A stretch of 64,000 bases of DNA from a virus (IMGVR_UViG_3300021603_000005:32001-96000); one strand, 5' to 3'; numbered from the stretch's first letter, positions 1 to 9,364 are shown. Program-made: numbers and translations. The notes: generated by a model from the sequence alone, not told the origin.

Positions 1-2
1 AG

Positions 3-347
3 CGAGAACATATGGACAAACCGGCTGGTATCAAGACAATAAGCCTGATCTGTTTGGGAAGCGCGGTTTTTACAGTCGTATCTATCTTGCTGTCAGAAGG
101 GTATCCATCAGACCGCGCAAGGATAGCAGCACAGGTGGTTACAGGGGTCGGCTTTTTAGGTGCTGGTGCGATTATCAGGGACAACGGAACTGTCGTTGGA
201 CTAACAACTGGAGCTACGATATGGGTTGCTTCTGCAATTGGAGTTATGGTTGGCGCTGGATATGTTCTATATGGCGTCTTTGTTTCACTAATCATTGTCG
301 TCCTGCTAACCGTTCTGAGAAAACTGGAGCAAATATGGGGGAAGTAA
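3..347 (+). CDS. mgtC: MgtC/SapB family membrane protein (5' truncated by window edge)
   Basis: REHMDKPAGIKT, RIAAQVVTGVGFLGAGAI and GLTTGATIW are MgtC motifs; frame is open to the window start. Confidence 0.9.
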   Translation, partial: REHMDKPAGIKTISLICLGSAVFTVVSILLSEGYPSDRARIAAQVVTGVGFLGAGAIIRDNGTVVGLTTGATIWVASAIGVMVGAGYVLYGVFVSLIIVVLLTVLRKLEQIWGK

Positions 348-553
348 TACAAGAAGAATCTATGTATCGTGGGGGGCGGATCATTGATTATTTATCGTAT
401 AGCGACGAAGAATTAGCCCTGGCTAGAACTACCACAGCGATGGCGCTGGCGTATGTCAAGGGGCGTGGGCCGTCATTTGGCATAGTTGCCAACCAACTAC
501 GACGAGACCTTGAAATGTTGGACGGTTTTATTAGAAGCAGAAAGGCAGTATAG
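335..553 (+). CDS. hypothetical protein
   Basis: ATG at 335 after GGAG, overlaps end of mgtC; abuts next ORF. Confidence 0.6.
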   Translation: MGEVIQEESMYRGGRIIDYLSYSDEELALARTTTAMALAYVKGRGPSFGIVANQLRRDLEMLDGFIRSRKAV

Positions 554-765
554 TGCCAAAATTCTACGTTAGAACTGGCGATATAAGAAGAGTTATAGTC
601 GCCGACAATCCAGTCAATGCAGCGGTATGCTCCATCATATTAGAAGGGAAAGATGGTCGCAAGCCAAAGTTAGGAAGGACTATACTTGTCAGTGAGCGCG
701 GATTCGATATCCATGAAAGCGACGTTCTGTTGAATACTAGCTTCGTCGTCAATCTATTAAAATAG
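553..765 (+). CDS. hypothetical protein
   Basis: GTG start overlapping previous TAG; 70 aa. Confidence 0.65.
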   Translation: MPKFYVRTGDIRRVIVADNPVNAAVCSIILEGKDGRKPKLGRTILVSERGFDIHESDVLLNTSFVVNLLK

Positions 766-948
766 CGTACCCCAGATCTGTTCGAACGGGCACGGAGGCT
801 GATCTTCGCAATCGGTTACGAGCGCCATCCACCAATTACAGTCTTGGTACGCATTGGCCGCTTCCCAGGCGCTGTAATCACATCCAAAGTTGCAGCACAA
901 ACCGAGCAAACAAACAGCAAATAGTATGATCGCAAATGCGTTTTTCAT
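757..948 (-). CDS. small secreted/lipoprotein-like Cys-rich protein
   Basis: Hydrophobic N-terminus MKNAFAIILFAVCLLGLCCNFGC; GAGAGG RBS and GTGTATAAAA motif upstream; fills a gap between + genes. Confidence 0.65.
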   Translation of the reverse strand: MKNAFAIILFAVCLLGLCCNFGCDYSAWEAANAYQDCNWWMALVTDCEDQPPCPFEQIWGTLF

Positions 949-967
949 GTGACACCTCTCTCTGTAG

Positions 968-977
968 TTTTATACAC
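968..977 (-). promoter_or_regulatory. GTGTATAAAA motif, putative late promoter
   Basis: Same 10-mer upstream of minus-strand genes at 57199-57208 and 57870-57879. Confidence 0.6.
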
Positions 978-988
978 GGAGAAAACAA

Positions 989-1213
989 ATGGATATAAAC
1001 GAAGCAGTTGAAGTATATAATGATCTAATGTACCTACACGACAATGGCGTATGGAAAGACGGGGTATATCCAGCATGGGTCAGTGAGCGATATAGGTTGT
1101 TGTTAGACATGAGAGTCGGTTCGTCTCAAATTTCCTATGCTGCCATGGAGGAAGTCGCTAGGACATTTCATCGGACCCTGGTAGAGTGTGGCATCATAAA
1201 ACCGGAGGCGTAA
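989..1213 (+). CDS. hypothetical protein
   Basis: GGAG RBS, ATG, 74 aa. Confidence 0.7.
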   Translation: MDINEAVEVYNDLMYLHDNGVWKDGVYPAWVSERYRLLLDMRVGSSQISYAAMEEVARTFHRTLVECGIIKPEA

Positions 1214-1214
1214 T

Positions 1215-1886
1215 ATGGGAAACATTCTGCTTGATTTAGATATGGATTATTTCAACCATCTAGAAGATCCTGTTAGTGTGCTGTCGAGTTTACTATCTCG
1301 TGTCCCCGGAAATATTCCAGCCGAAATTGTTCTTGAACACCAAACAATCATTCCATATGTTTGCAAGTGGATAAGATGTAAAGCGATGCCAATTCCTTTT
1401 AAGTGGATGCACGTCGACCAACATCATGACTTTTATAGATCCAAGAAACGACCAGTCGATTGCGGTAACTTTGGATATTTCATGCCAGTCAAATACTATA
1501 GAGAATTTGTCTGGGTGTCACAGAGCGACGGCGAAAGAGTCTGTAATGATTGGGACACTATGGCTGCGCCATGGATGCAGGATCGTGGAATCCGTGTTAA
1601 CGAATGTTATCATCCAATCAAGATCAGTAAGGACGATAGAGTTGTTGGCATGGTTGTAGCCATATCACCAGATTATGTAGAGTACGACGAACTAATCCTT
1701 GTAGATATGCTAATCATGATCAAAGAGCATTTCAATTTGAAGTCTATCCCGCTACCAAAAAAGAGGAAAAGGGGTGACGAACACTTTGAAGAACGAAAAT
1801 GGATATGTTCATGGCATCGACATGCATCCAAACAAGTTTATGAGTGGAGGAAAATGTTGCAAAACCATATTTTTGGACTAGAATGA
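1215..1886 (+). CDS. UPF0489/arginase-deacetylase-fold-like metalloprotein
   Basis: LDLDMDYF, HVDQHHDF, DCGNF and ISPDY motifs. Confidence 0.6.
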   Translation: MGNILLDLDMDYFNHLEDPVSVLSSLLSRVPGNIPAEIVLEHQTIIPYVCKWIRCKAMPIPFKWMHVDQHHDFYRSKKRPVDCGNFGYFMPVKYYREFVWVSQSDGERVCNDWDTMAAPWMQDRGIRVNECYHPIKISKDDRVVGMVVAISPDYVEYDELILVDMLIMIKEHFNLKSIPLPKKRKRGDEHFEERKWICSWHRHASKQVYEWRKMLQNHIFGLE

Positions 1887-1899
1887 CAACAGGGGTAAT

Positions 1900-2379
1900 A
1901 TGTTAAACGCAAAATCAGACAACGTTGGCATCTGTGATGCAAGAGTAGTATCGGATAAATTGCCAGACGGAAGAATAACATGTCTGCGACAAAGCGATGC
2001 CGAGGATTGCATGCGTGGAGTATGTGTCTCGTGTGGCCAAGAATTACAGTTTGAGAAGCCAAAGTTCGAGACAGTTGTGGATGTCGCATGTTCTTTTCAA
2101 TGCGCAAAAAGCGCCGGGTTGTACAGGGAATGGATTGAACCAGAACCAGAGCCAGAACAGCCGGTCGTAGTGATAGAGGTATGCGAAAAGTGCGGTGGGC
2201 GTAAGTATGGCGATGTATACTTACATAAGAGAAATTGTCCTCTCAAAATAAAAAGGGTGCGCGAACAAAGACCAAACTGTTCTGTGTGTGGAGGAAAACC
2301 ATTTAAGAGAGGGTGGAAACACACAAAAGAATGTGTCAATAACTCTAGAAACAGGAGAAAGAAATGCAAGACAAGGTAA
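1900..2379 (+). CDS. multi-zinc-finger hypothetical protein
   Basis: Several CxxC pairs; two CxxCGG...H..C units; EPEPEPE linker. Confidence 0.65.
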   Translation: MLNAKSDNVGICDARVVSDKLPDGRITCLRQSDAEDCMRGVCVSCGQELQFEKPKFETVVDVACSFQCAKSAGLYREWIEPEPEPEQPVVVIEVCEKCGGRKYGDVYLHKRNCPLKIKRVREQRPNCSVCGGKPFKRGWKHTKECVNNSRNRRKKCKTR

Positions 2380-2582
2380 TTGGACACGTCTATACTCCGT
2401 CTAGTAATATAGTAATAATTCCGATAGAGGAGGTGGCAAAAATTGCCCAACAACTTGGGTGTAATACCTACTGGCTGCTAAATAAGCATGGCGGGCTTGA
2501 TGTGCAGATCCACGCTCGTACTAGTGTGCAAATAGCACACGCTGGTAATGGCGTACTCGTCACAAGAAGGGAGACGAAGTAA
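2364..2582 (+). CDS. hypothetical protein
   Basis: AGGAG RBS; coupled to neighbours. Confidence 0.6.
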   Translation: MQDKVIGHVYTPSSNIVIIPIEEVAKIAQQLGCNTYWLLNKHGGLDVQIHARTSVQIAHAGNGVLVTRRETK

Positions 2583-3004
2583 TGTCCATGGAAACAATTG
2601 TCGATATAATAACCAAGATAAAACAATATGGTATTGCAAATTGCGAATTGGTTCGTTCTAATCATAACATGTTTCGTCTAGCCATGGGAGATACCGAGTT
2701 TGTTGTTCGAATAACTGCCGAGCGCATTAATGTAATGGATGCAAACAGTCATAATCTATTCTGGGTCCGACGAACTATTCCCACTAGCTTCAATATAACT
2801 AAAGTCGCAGAAGGAATAATCGATGTATATAGGAATAAAGAGAGGGGTAAATGCGACGAGTCGATTAGAGAAGGGCTGTCTGAGATAAGAAAAAAGTGGC
2901 CATTCTCAATCAAGGTATCTAACCATGTCGCAAATGTGTTTGACCTTAACCTTTCTGGAATGACAACGAAGGATCTAATCGATGTTATCGAACGAATGCG
3001 GTAA
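2582..3004 (+). CDS. hypothetical protein
   Basis: TAATG coupling, 140 aa. Confidence 0.7.
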   Translation: MSMETIVDIITKIKQYGIANCELVRSNHNMFRLAMGDTEFVVRITAERINVMDANSHNLFWVRRTIPTSFNITKVAEGIIDVYRNKERGKCDESIREGLSEIRKKWPFSIKVSNHVANVFDLNLSGMTTKDLIDVIERMR

Positions 3005-3158
3005 GGTATCCAAAGTTGTGTACGGCATAGACAAAACAATATCTATCATAACAACACTGGTTCATGCGCATGCAATCTTCAAGGTAGTCCCGTTGTCTGA
3101 CGATGATTTCAGAATAGAAAGCGATATCGAACACGGCAAGTTAATTAACAAAGGATGA
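2982..3158 (+). CDS. small hypothetical protein (58 aa, not in ORF track)
   Basis: MLSNECGKVSKVVYGID...INKG*; fills the gap; AAGGA upstream. Confidence 0.45.
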   Translation: MLSNECGKVSKVVYGIDKTISIITTLVHAHAIFKVVPLSDDDFRIESDIEHGKLINKG

Positions 3159-3164
3159 AGAACA

Positions 3165-3401
3165 ATGTGTGTACCATCTAACCAAGCAAATTGCCAGCAA
3201 CCGTTTACAGTGGAAGAAATTAATGCGCAAGATAGAACAGTGCGGATTACTATCAGGGGAGACTGTCTAGGAACCATTGCCAATCATCTCAAAAAGTGTC
3301 CACAAAATCGGAAGTCCCACAAGGTAGCTGTTAGAATGGGATATGAATTGGAGATGGCTGGCAACACAATATTCCCACGAGAAATACGAAAATGTCAGTA
3401 G
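3165..3401 (+). CDS. hypothetical protein
   Basis: AAGGA RBS, 78 aa. Confidence 0.6.
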   Translation: MCVPSNQANCQQPFTVEEINAQDRTVRITIRGDCLGTIANHLKKCPQNRKSHKVAVRMGYELEMAGNTIFPREIRKCQ

Positions 3402-3592
3402 ATCAATGTGAGTTTCCATACTGTCGCAACGACGCCATTTACAACTATATAGGCGTATGTATTTGCCATAAACATTGGGCCGAAATAGCAGATTGCAATT
3501 CCCCAGAGAACGAGTCTAAAATTCTTGCCAAAATAGGGCTGATGAGAAATGAAAATGGCTCTGTGGTAGAGCGTCATCCGCATAAGGAGTAG
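3392..3592 (+). CDS. small Cys-rich hypothetical protein
   Basis: CxxxxC...CxxH pattern; overlaps upstream stop. Confidence 0.6.
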   Translation: MSVDQCEFPYCRNDAIYNYIGVCICHKHWAEIADCNSPENESKILAKIGLMRNENGSVVERHPHKE

Positions 3593-3599
3593 AGGAGAA

Positions 3600-3830
3600 A
3601 TGGCAAGGCCAACAATACAACATATAGCACAGAGGTTAAGGCGCATACTAGACCAAATGGATCTAGATAGCGACGGACTAATCAATCGAAAGGTTGTTCG
3701 TGGAAGTGTAAATGAAGTAGACATGTTATTGGATAACCTAGAACTAGTGGTGAAATACTTACAGTTTGATTCTTCGTCTACCAAAAAAGAAATACACGAG
3801 TTTATGAATAAGAAGCACGAAACGAAATGA
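3600..3830 (+). CDS. hypothetical protein
   Basis: GAGGAG RBS, 76 aa. Confidence 0.7.
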   Translation: MARPTIQHIAQRLRRILDQMDLDSDGLINRKVVRGSVNEVDMLLDNLELVVKYLQFDSSSTKKEIHEFMNKKHETK

Positions 3831-3831
3831 G

Positions 3832-4191
3832 GTGAATATGAAACTGGCATTACTTCCTCTAACGGGAGAAAGCGAAGTTTGTATTATCAACTGCGACAAA
3901 TGGCAACATGGCTGTCAGGAATTCATATTGGCGCTAAGGGGTGTTATAAAGGAATGGGTTGAGACCACCGACGAGGGCAAAACTGCTCTTGCCATGCACT
4001 ACAATATTATCGCAATCAAGGATATGTCAAAGTATGTACCGAACTGTTTTGTTGTTGGAAATTCTTTGGGGAAAATAATGGCGGAACATTCTGTCCCTAG
4101 ATTTGATATCGTAACCGCCAAAATCAACAAGGAAATGGATGATAACGGGGTTAGTGGAACAACTAGTCTATATAAAGGGCGAATAGGATGA
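3832..4191 (+). CDS. hypothetical protein
   Basis: GAGG RBS; ATGA overlap with AAA gene. Confidence 0.65.
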   Translation: MNMKLALLPLTGESEVCIINCDKWQHGCQEFILALRGVIKEWVETTDEGKTALAMHYNIIAIKDMSKYVPNCFVVGNSLGKIMAEHSVPRFDIVTAKINKEMDDNGVSGTTSLYKGRIG

Positions 4192-5753
4192 GCAATTTCG
4201 TCGAGAATGTTACCGACTATGTTTTATCTGGACATGCAATGCTGTCCGTTGTCACACACGAGGACGATAGGGCTATAAACGATCTTGCAACTGTAGCCAA
4301 GAATAGCAATAGGGAATTGTTCGTATGGACAATCGCTAGTGGCTGGAAAAAATCTAGCGGAGAACAAGCAGTTCCGTGCAATGGCATGCCAGATCCAATG
4401 AATGCGGTGCAGGAGATAGACAAGCTTCCGCCCAAATCCATGTGTGTAATGAAGGATTTCGGGGTCTACCTCAACCAAAGTACATTCCCACAAGCAGATG
4501 TTGTCATTGGATGGTTGAAAGAAATTAGGCCATTGCTATATTGTCATCAAAGAACAATCATCTTTCTTGGCCCAGACTTGTATATACCGATACAGCTTAA
4601 ACAAGAGATTACGCAAACAGACTTCGGCCTTCCAGATACCACCCAAATCGAGCACCAAATTAAGTATGTGTGCGATAGCGTTGAATCTAAGGATGGCAAG
4701 GGTTTGGCGGTGGACAAGTCGGTGATGTCAGATGTTGTTAATGCGTGCAAGGGTATGACACAGCAGCAGACAATAGATAGGGCATCGCTTGCCATAAGGA
4801 AAAACAAAGGATTAACACCAGAATCTGTCAAGATAATATTGCATGAAAAGGCTGGTGTAATTAGATCGTCTGGGATATTATCCTACATAGAACCACCAGC
4901 GGGAGGACTTGGTATAGTTGGTGGACTTGAGGTTTTGAAGAATCATATATTGATGGACAAGCCGTGTTTTACAGAAGAGGCCAGGGCATTTGGCATAGAA
5001 TACCCAAAGGGTGTGCTGTTAGTCGGAATCCCAGGATGTGGAAAGACACTGATCAGCACAGCAATTGCTAGCGAATTCGGCTCTCCACTCATTCAGATGG
5101 ATGTTGGCAACATAATGGACAAATACGTTGGCGAGTCTGAGTCGAACATGAGAGAGGCTATTAAGATACTTGAGTCCGTAGCGCCATGCGTATTACAGCT
5201 AGACGAAATAGAGAAGGGGTTCGGCGGCGCTGGAGATCTAGATGGAGGTGCGTCTAAGAGAGTGTTCGGATCGTTCATTAAGTGGTTGAATGACAAAACA
5301 TCCCCAGTGTATATTGTTGCAACAGCTAATCAGGTTGAGTCATTGCCGCCAGAGTTCGCAAGAAAGGGTCGGTTCGATGAGATCTTTGGAGTAGATTTAC
5401 CAAGCGTCGACGAACGGTCGGAGATCGTTAGTATTCATTTGCGCAAACGGAACAGAAATCCAGACAACTTTGATGTGCGAAGAATAGCAGAGGCAACAGA
5501 AAACTTTACTGGATCTGATATAGAGCAGGCGATTAAGGTCGGCCTTAAGATGGCCTTCGCTAACAAATCAGAGTTAACGACAGATTTTTGTTTGCTTGGA
5601 GTCAGTAGTATTGTTCCGCTATTTAAGATGGAGCCACACAGAATAGAAAAGATTAGGGAGTGGTGCGATGCTCGCGCAAAAAGGGCCAACGCAATCGCAA
5701 CACCAATGACGAAATCAGCAAGACGGAAAATAACAGTGAGCAACGGAGAATAA
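4188..5753 (+). CDS. Ycf46-like AAA+ ATPase
   Basis: Walker A GIPGCGKT, Walker B LQLDEIEK, VATAN, PPEFARKGRFDEIF; N-terminal Ycf46-type domain (VTHEDDRA...W...GW...MKDF). Confidence 0.9.
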   Translation: MSNFVENVTDYVLSGHAMLSVVTHEDDRAINDLATVAKNSNRELFVWTIASGWKKSSGEQAVPCNGMPDPMNAVQEIDKLPPKSMCVMKDFGVYLNQSTFPQADVVIGWLKEIRPLLYCHQRTIIFLGPDLYIPIQLKQEITQTDFGLPDTTQIEHQIKYVCDSVESKDGKGLAVDKSVMSDVVNACKGMTQQQTIDRASLAIRKNKGLTPESVKIILHEKAGVIRSSGILSYIEPPAGGLGIVGGLEVLKNHILMDKPCFTEEARAFGIEYPKGVLLVGIPGCGKTLISTAIASEFGSPLIQMDVGNIMDKYVGESESNMREAIKILESVAPCVLQLDEIEKGFGGAGDLDGGASKRVFGSFIKWLNDKTSPVYIVATANQVESLPPEFARKGRFDEIFGVDLPSVDERSEIVSIHLRKRNRNPDNFDVRRIAEATENFTGSDIEQAIKVGLKMAFANKSELTTDFCLLGVSSIVPLFKMEPHRIEKIREWCDARAKRANAIATPMTKSARRKITVSNGE

Positions 5754-5754
5754 G

Positions 5755-6714
5755 ATGTCAGAAAAAACTGTGAATCTTTTTGATCTAGGGTGTCTAGTGC
5801 AAATAAACATCGGGTTTTGGTCTGGAAGGAAGATGCTTACGAATAACGACATGGTGAGTGTCGGCATAGATCCAGGCAGGTTGCCGAAGGACATATGTAA
5901 TTTGGGGCGGAAATTACTGGTACCGCAGCATGAGATAGGGGTATTTCTGTCGGTTGAGCAACAGGCACGGAACTTCTTGAAACGATGGTCTATTCCATTT
6001 GGCATTGCCAGCGCGAATTTTGTTCCAATCAGTAAGCTGCATGAGGTTACTCAGAAGCTGGACGAATACAAAGCTACGTACTATTCGTTGGTGGATTCCT
6101 TCATCAAGAGATTTGAAGCCGCGAAGACAAAGCTCCAGAGCGAGCACCCTGATTTCTGGGAAAAGTGCTTACGACAACATTATCCGTCTAGCGCAGAATC
6201 ATTGCGCAGTAGGTTCTATTTTAGGTACTTTGTATTCAGGGTCGCCAATATCAATGCGATAGATGAAGTCGATGCGGATGAGGTTGTGGCCAAGAATGCA
6301 GAAATGCAGAAGCGAATGAAGGAAGAAGTCGACAAGCTGGTTAATGAAACGGTTTGTACATTACGAAACGAAACTGTTAAGTTCTGCGATTTGGTCATTG
6401 CAAGGGTGAATGGTTCTCCGTATGGCGACGAAGAAGAGGGCAAGAAGTTAACCAAGAGATCATTGACTAGCTTCAGAAAGTATGTTGACTGGTTTAGGGA
6501 GATGAATGTATTTGGAGATAAGGACATCGAAAAGATGTTGGATGAATTCAAAAGTACATACCTGAGCGACCTAACGACTCCACAGGAAATACAAAATGCA
6601 CAGGTTGCCAATGCGATTGTCGATCATATGAACAAGATTCGGGCAATGGCACAGGGTGATAGTGGAGGGGTAGATGAAGTGTTGAATATAGCAAAACGAA
6701 AGATCGAGATTTAA
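5755..6714 (+). CDS. DUF3150-like helical protein
   Basis: WSGRKML...LG.KLL...R.FL...SIPF...FVP pattern, YPS..LR.RF; follows the AAA gene. Confidence 0.65.
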   Translation: MSEKTVNLFDLGCLVQINIGFWSGRKMLTNNDMVSVGIDPGRLPKDICNLGRKLLVPQHEIGVFLSVEQQARNFLKRWSIPFGIASANFVPISKLHEVTQKLDEYKATYYSLVDSFIKRFEAAKTKLQSEHPDFWEKCLRQHYPSSAESLRSRFYFRYFVFRVANINAIDEVDADEVVAKNAEMQKRMKEEVDKLVNETVCTLRNETVKFCDLVIARVNGSPYGDEEEGKKLTKRSLTSFRKYVDWFREMNVFGDKDIEKMLDEFKSTYLSDLTTPQEIQNAQVANAIVDHMNKIRAMAQGDSGGVDEVLNIAKRKIEI

Positions 6715-6715
6715 C

Positions 6716-6931
6716 ATGTCGTCGTGCTTCGATAGCGTATGTCTAGAACAGAACAGGTGTAATGAGTGTACTGACATCAAACAAAAGAACGGTGTCTGCA
6801 TCATATGCTCAGCTAGGCAGCAGGAAAGAAATATTGCAGCGGATAAACTCGAAGAGTACATTCGCAATAATGGCGGAAGACATCGCGATGCGCTAACGGC
6901 GCTTGCAAATAGGATTAGAAATGGAACGTAA
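6716..6931 (+). CDS. small zinc-binding hypothetical protein
   Basis: CxxC pairs. Confidence 0.6.
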   Translation: MSSCFDSVCLEQNRCNECTDIKQKNGVCIICSARQQERNIAADKLEEYIRNNGGRHRDALTALANRIRNGT

Positions 6932-6933
6932 CT

Positions 6934-7095
6934 ATGGGCAACGAAGGTATCATTAAGAAATCTTCGGTAAAATACATTGTGGTGGAGAAAACAATGGAAC
7001 GCGACAATAGACTATTCTATTTTGTCATTTTGTTCATTGCTAGTATACCGTTACTAACACTTATCTCGTTAATGACTTGCGTATTACTAAAGTAA
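6934..7095 (+). CDS. small membrane protein (53 aa, not in ORF track)
   Basis: C-terminal hydrophobic stretch LFYFVILFIASIPLLTLISLMTCVLLK. Confidence 0.5.
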   Translation: MGNEGIIKKSSVKYIVVEKTMERDNRLFYFVILFIASIPLLTLISLMTCVLLK

Positions 7096-7141
7096 CGGCC
7101 AAACTTATTAGGGGTGGAGTCAAACTTTTGGAGAGTGTGTA

Positions 7142-7555
7142 ATGTCGATGTACTGTTCGGTAAAGACGCAGTTTAAGGATCAGGACGCATTAGTTAACGC
7201 TCTTATGGAGACCGGTGGATGGCAAGGCTACCAGATAGAGGTTCATTCCGAGCCTCAAAATTTGTATGGCTACCATGGTGACGTGCGAGAACAAGTTGCC
7301 AATATTATCATTCGTCGTCAACATGTCCAGGCTTCGGCGAACGATATTGGTTTTGAAAAAACCGAGGATGGAACGTATAGGTCTCATATTAGCCAATTCG
7401 ATTCTAGGAAATACGACTCTAGGTGGATCGGCAGGCTCAAGCAAGCGTATGCTTTTCATGTATTGAAGCGACAGCAAGAAGCCAGGGGAAGGGTTGTCAC
7501 GAGAGAAAGGCTTGCGGATGGAAGACAGAGGGTAATGATCAGGGGGTATCGATAA
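7142..7555 (+). CDS. DUF1257 (Ycf35-like) protein
   Basis: MS.Y..VKTQFKD.DALV.AL, LYGY.GD.R...A.IIIRR, NDIGF, LKQ.YA. Confidence 0.85.
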   Translation: MSMYCSVKTQFKDQDALVNALMETGGWQGYQIEVHSEPQNLYGYHGDVREQVANIIIRRQHVQASANDIGFEKTEDGTYRSHISQFDSRKYDSRWIGRLKQAYAFHVLKRQQEARGRVVTRERLADGRQRVMIRGYR

Positions 7556-7650
7556 TGGACAAGTTCTCTTTTGCGAACCAGTATCTGATTAGTGCGTTAG
7601 AATTGGCAAAACAAGAAATTATGAGATTAATTACAAGCGGAGGCATGTAA
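7555..7650 (+). CDS. small hypothetical protein (31 aa)
   Basis: TAATG coupling on both sides. Confidence 0.45.
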   Translation: MDKFSFANQYLISALELAKQEIMRLITSGGM

Positions 7651-7928
7651 TGAAAAACATAGTAGAAAAATCAAATGTGTCAATAGATGAAATATCGCTA
7701 GCTGGGATTTTAGAATGGACAAAATTAATAGGCAAAAGGGTTAAGGTATTACACGCAGATATCGGTGGAGAGTATGTGTTAAATGATGTGGTGTTGAAGC
7801 TTAATGATGCTAATCTATCATATGTCGTTCTAAAACCAACGTCTCATTCTGCAAGTCAAAGAACAAAGTGTATGCCCATTGTAGACATAATTGATAATGA
7901 ATATGAGATAGTCGCGTTGCGCAGTTAA
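7650..7928 (+). CDS. hypothetical protein
   Basis: GGAGG RBS, 92 aa. Confidence 0.65.
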   Translation: MKNIVEKSNVSIDEISLAGILEWTKLIGKRVKVLHADIGGEYVLNDVVLKLNDANLSYVVLKPTSHSASQRTKCMPIVDIIDNEYEIVALRS

Positions 7929-7962
7929 TCGGGAACAAAACAGAAAGAAAGGTAGAAAGCAA

Positions 7963-8571
7963 ATGAGAATACTAAAACAATCTATTGTATGTATTTTACT
8001 AGTGATTATTGGGTGTGATTCCGGTCCATCTTGGTATGAAAAAGAATTGAAAAAAGCACAATAAAGACACGAAACACAAAAGGAATTATTTGCCGAAGCA
8101 TGTAAATCTATTTCCGGCACCGTAATAGAGAAAATATTCTTGCCATATGGCCATTCTGAACTAACTGGTACGCCGGTCCTTTTTTCTGGGTCAAAGATTC
8201 GTGGAAAATCTTCTAGTGGTGACTTATTTCTGAAAATACAGTGCGACGACGGAAAACAAAGAATACTGGAGGTTATCGACGATAGCGACGATTTTGGTGT
8301 ATCTGTATCCATGATTAACATACAGGTAGATATCGGAACTAGGATATCTTTTATCAAAGGGAACTATTTTTGGGAGATACACCATTACTTTAATCACCGG
8401 TTTATATACCTAAACTATCCAGATACTTCCATAAATTCTCCATTAGACATTTCGTTAGTATCTGATTATCCGTACATGAATAGCTACTTTGACAACGATA
8501 GATTGGTTGGCAAAAAACGAGCGGGATACATAACTGTTATTGGAAAATCTGAGGTAGAATCGCCAAATTAA
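7963..8571 (+). pseudogene. lipoprotein gene interrupted by in-frame TAA at 8062-8064
   Basis: MRILKQSIVCILLVIIGC signal/lipobox in the same frame as ORF 8140-8571; a single stop at codon 34. Confidence 0.65.
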
Positions 8572-8573
8572 CC

Positions 8574-8912
8574 ATGACGATAACAATAGACATAACGCCA
8601 GACGGAAATATTACTGGGCTGTATTCCGATGATGTCGACTTGTATGCGGTAGGCCAAGTACACAGTGTCCGTCGCGCCAGCAACGTTGAGTTTGATGAAG
8701 CCAAACAAATATGGCAAGTCATCAACTGTGCCGATGGACAGATTGTATTCGAACACAAGTCCAGAACACGGGCGATAGAGTGGGAGATAGAAAACTTCCA
8801 GCCAGGAGGGAAGCATTATGACCAAGAGGAAAAGGGAAAAGATATCGTGTTTAAGGGTGAGTCTGGTCCCTGTGGATTGACAGCCATAAGGTGTGAACGA
8901 AACATCGCCTAG
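8574..8912 (+). CDS. conserved hypothetical protein (RRAS.VE motif) of Ycf46/DUF1257 modules
   Basis: I.I.PDG....LY.D..DL...G...VRRASNVEFD...W. Confidence 0.7.
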   Translation: MTITIDITPDGNITGLYSDDVDLYAVGQVHSVRRASNVEFDEAKQIWQVINCADGQIVFEHKSRTRAIEWEIENFQPGGKHYDQEEKGKDIVFKGESGPCGLTAIRCERNIA

Positions 8913-9039
8913 TAACCAAAGACTATTTTAGATAACAGAAAAGAAAGGGGCATATATGTCGAATGAACATGTAGAAAAAAACTACCCCACTGTGGTAAGG
9001 GCTTGTATCCTGGTGTTAATTTAATAGGAGAGGAATAAA

Positions 9040-9360
9040 ATGTCTAGATACTATAACGTGTCGGTAGAAATTGAGGGGTTTAATCCAAATAGAGAATCTG
9101 AAATAACCATCGCTGCCAAAGAGGAATGGGATTTTGAAGATTGGTATAATTCTGGAAACAATATAGATGCTTCTGGCGATGGATACCTTTGTGGTGGTGA
9201 AAGCGAAGAGGAATTTGCCGAACGACTTTCGAAGGCAATATGGAAGGCAAATGGTGCATATTGTCGCGTTGCCATTAATTGTACATATCTTGAAGATTTG
9301 CCAAGCGAATATTATGAACTTAGCGAAGACCAGTTCGATCCAGGATGTTTGAAGGAGTAG
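9040..9360 (+). CDS. acidic hypothetical protein
   Basis: GGAGAGG RBS; LCGGESEEEFAERLSKAIWKANG. Confidence 0.75.
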   Translation: MSRYYNVSVEIEGFNPNRESEITIAAKEEWDFEDWYNSGNNIDASGDGYLCGGESEEEFAERLSKAIWKANGAYCRVAINCTYLEDLPSEYYELSEDQFDPGCLKE

Positions 9361-9364
9361 GGTT

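Noticed and set aside
326-783. Shared EQIWG at the C-termini of MgtC and the 757-948 peptide
   Set aside because: Five residues with different codons on opposite strands; likely chance
2137-2160. GAACCA-type tandem repeat
   Set aside because: Simply encodes an EPEPEPE linker; too short to be a contingency locus
8062-8064. TAA reassignment
   Set aside because: TAA is a common true stop here; this is a single isolated case
8980-9005. AACTACCCCACTGTGGTAAGGGCTTG resembling an IscB-type IS end remnant
   Set aside because: Short, the hairpin is poor, and there is no associated ORF or matching end
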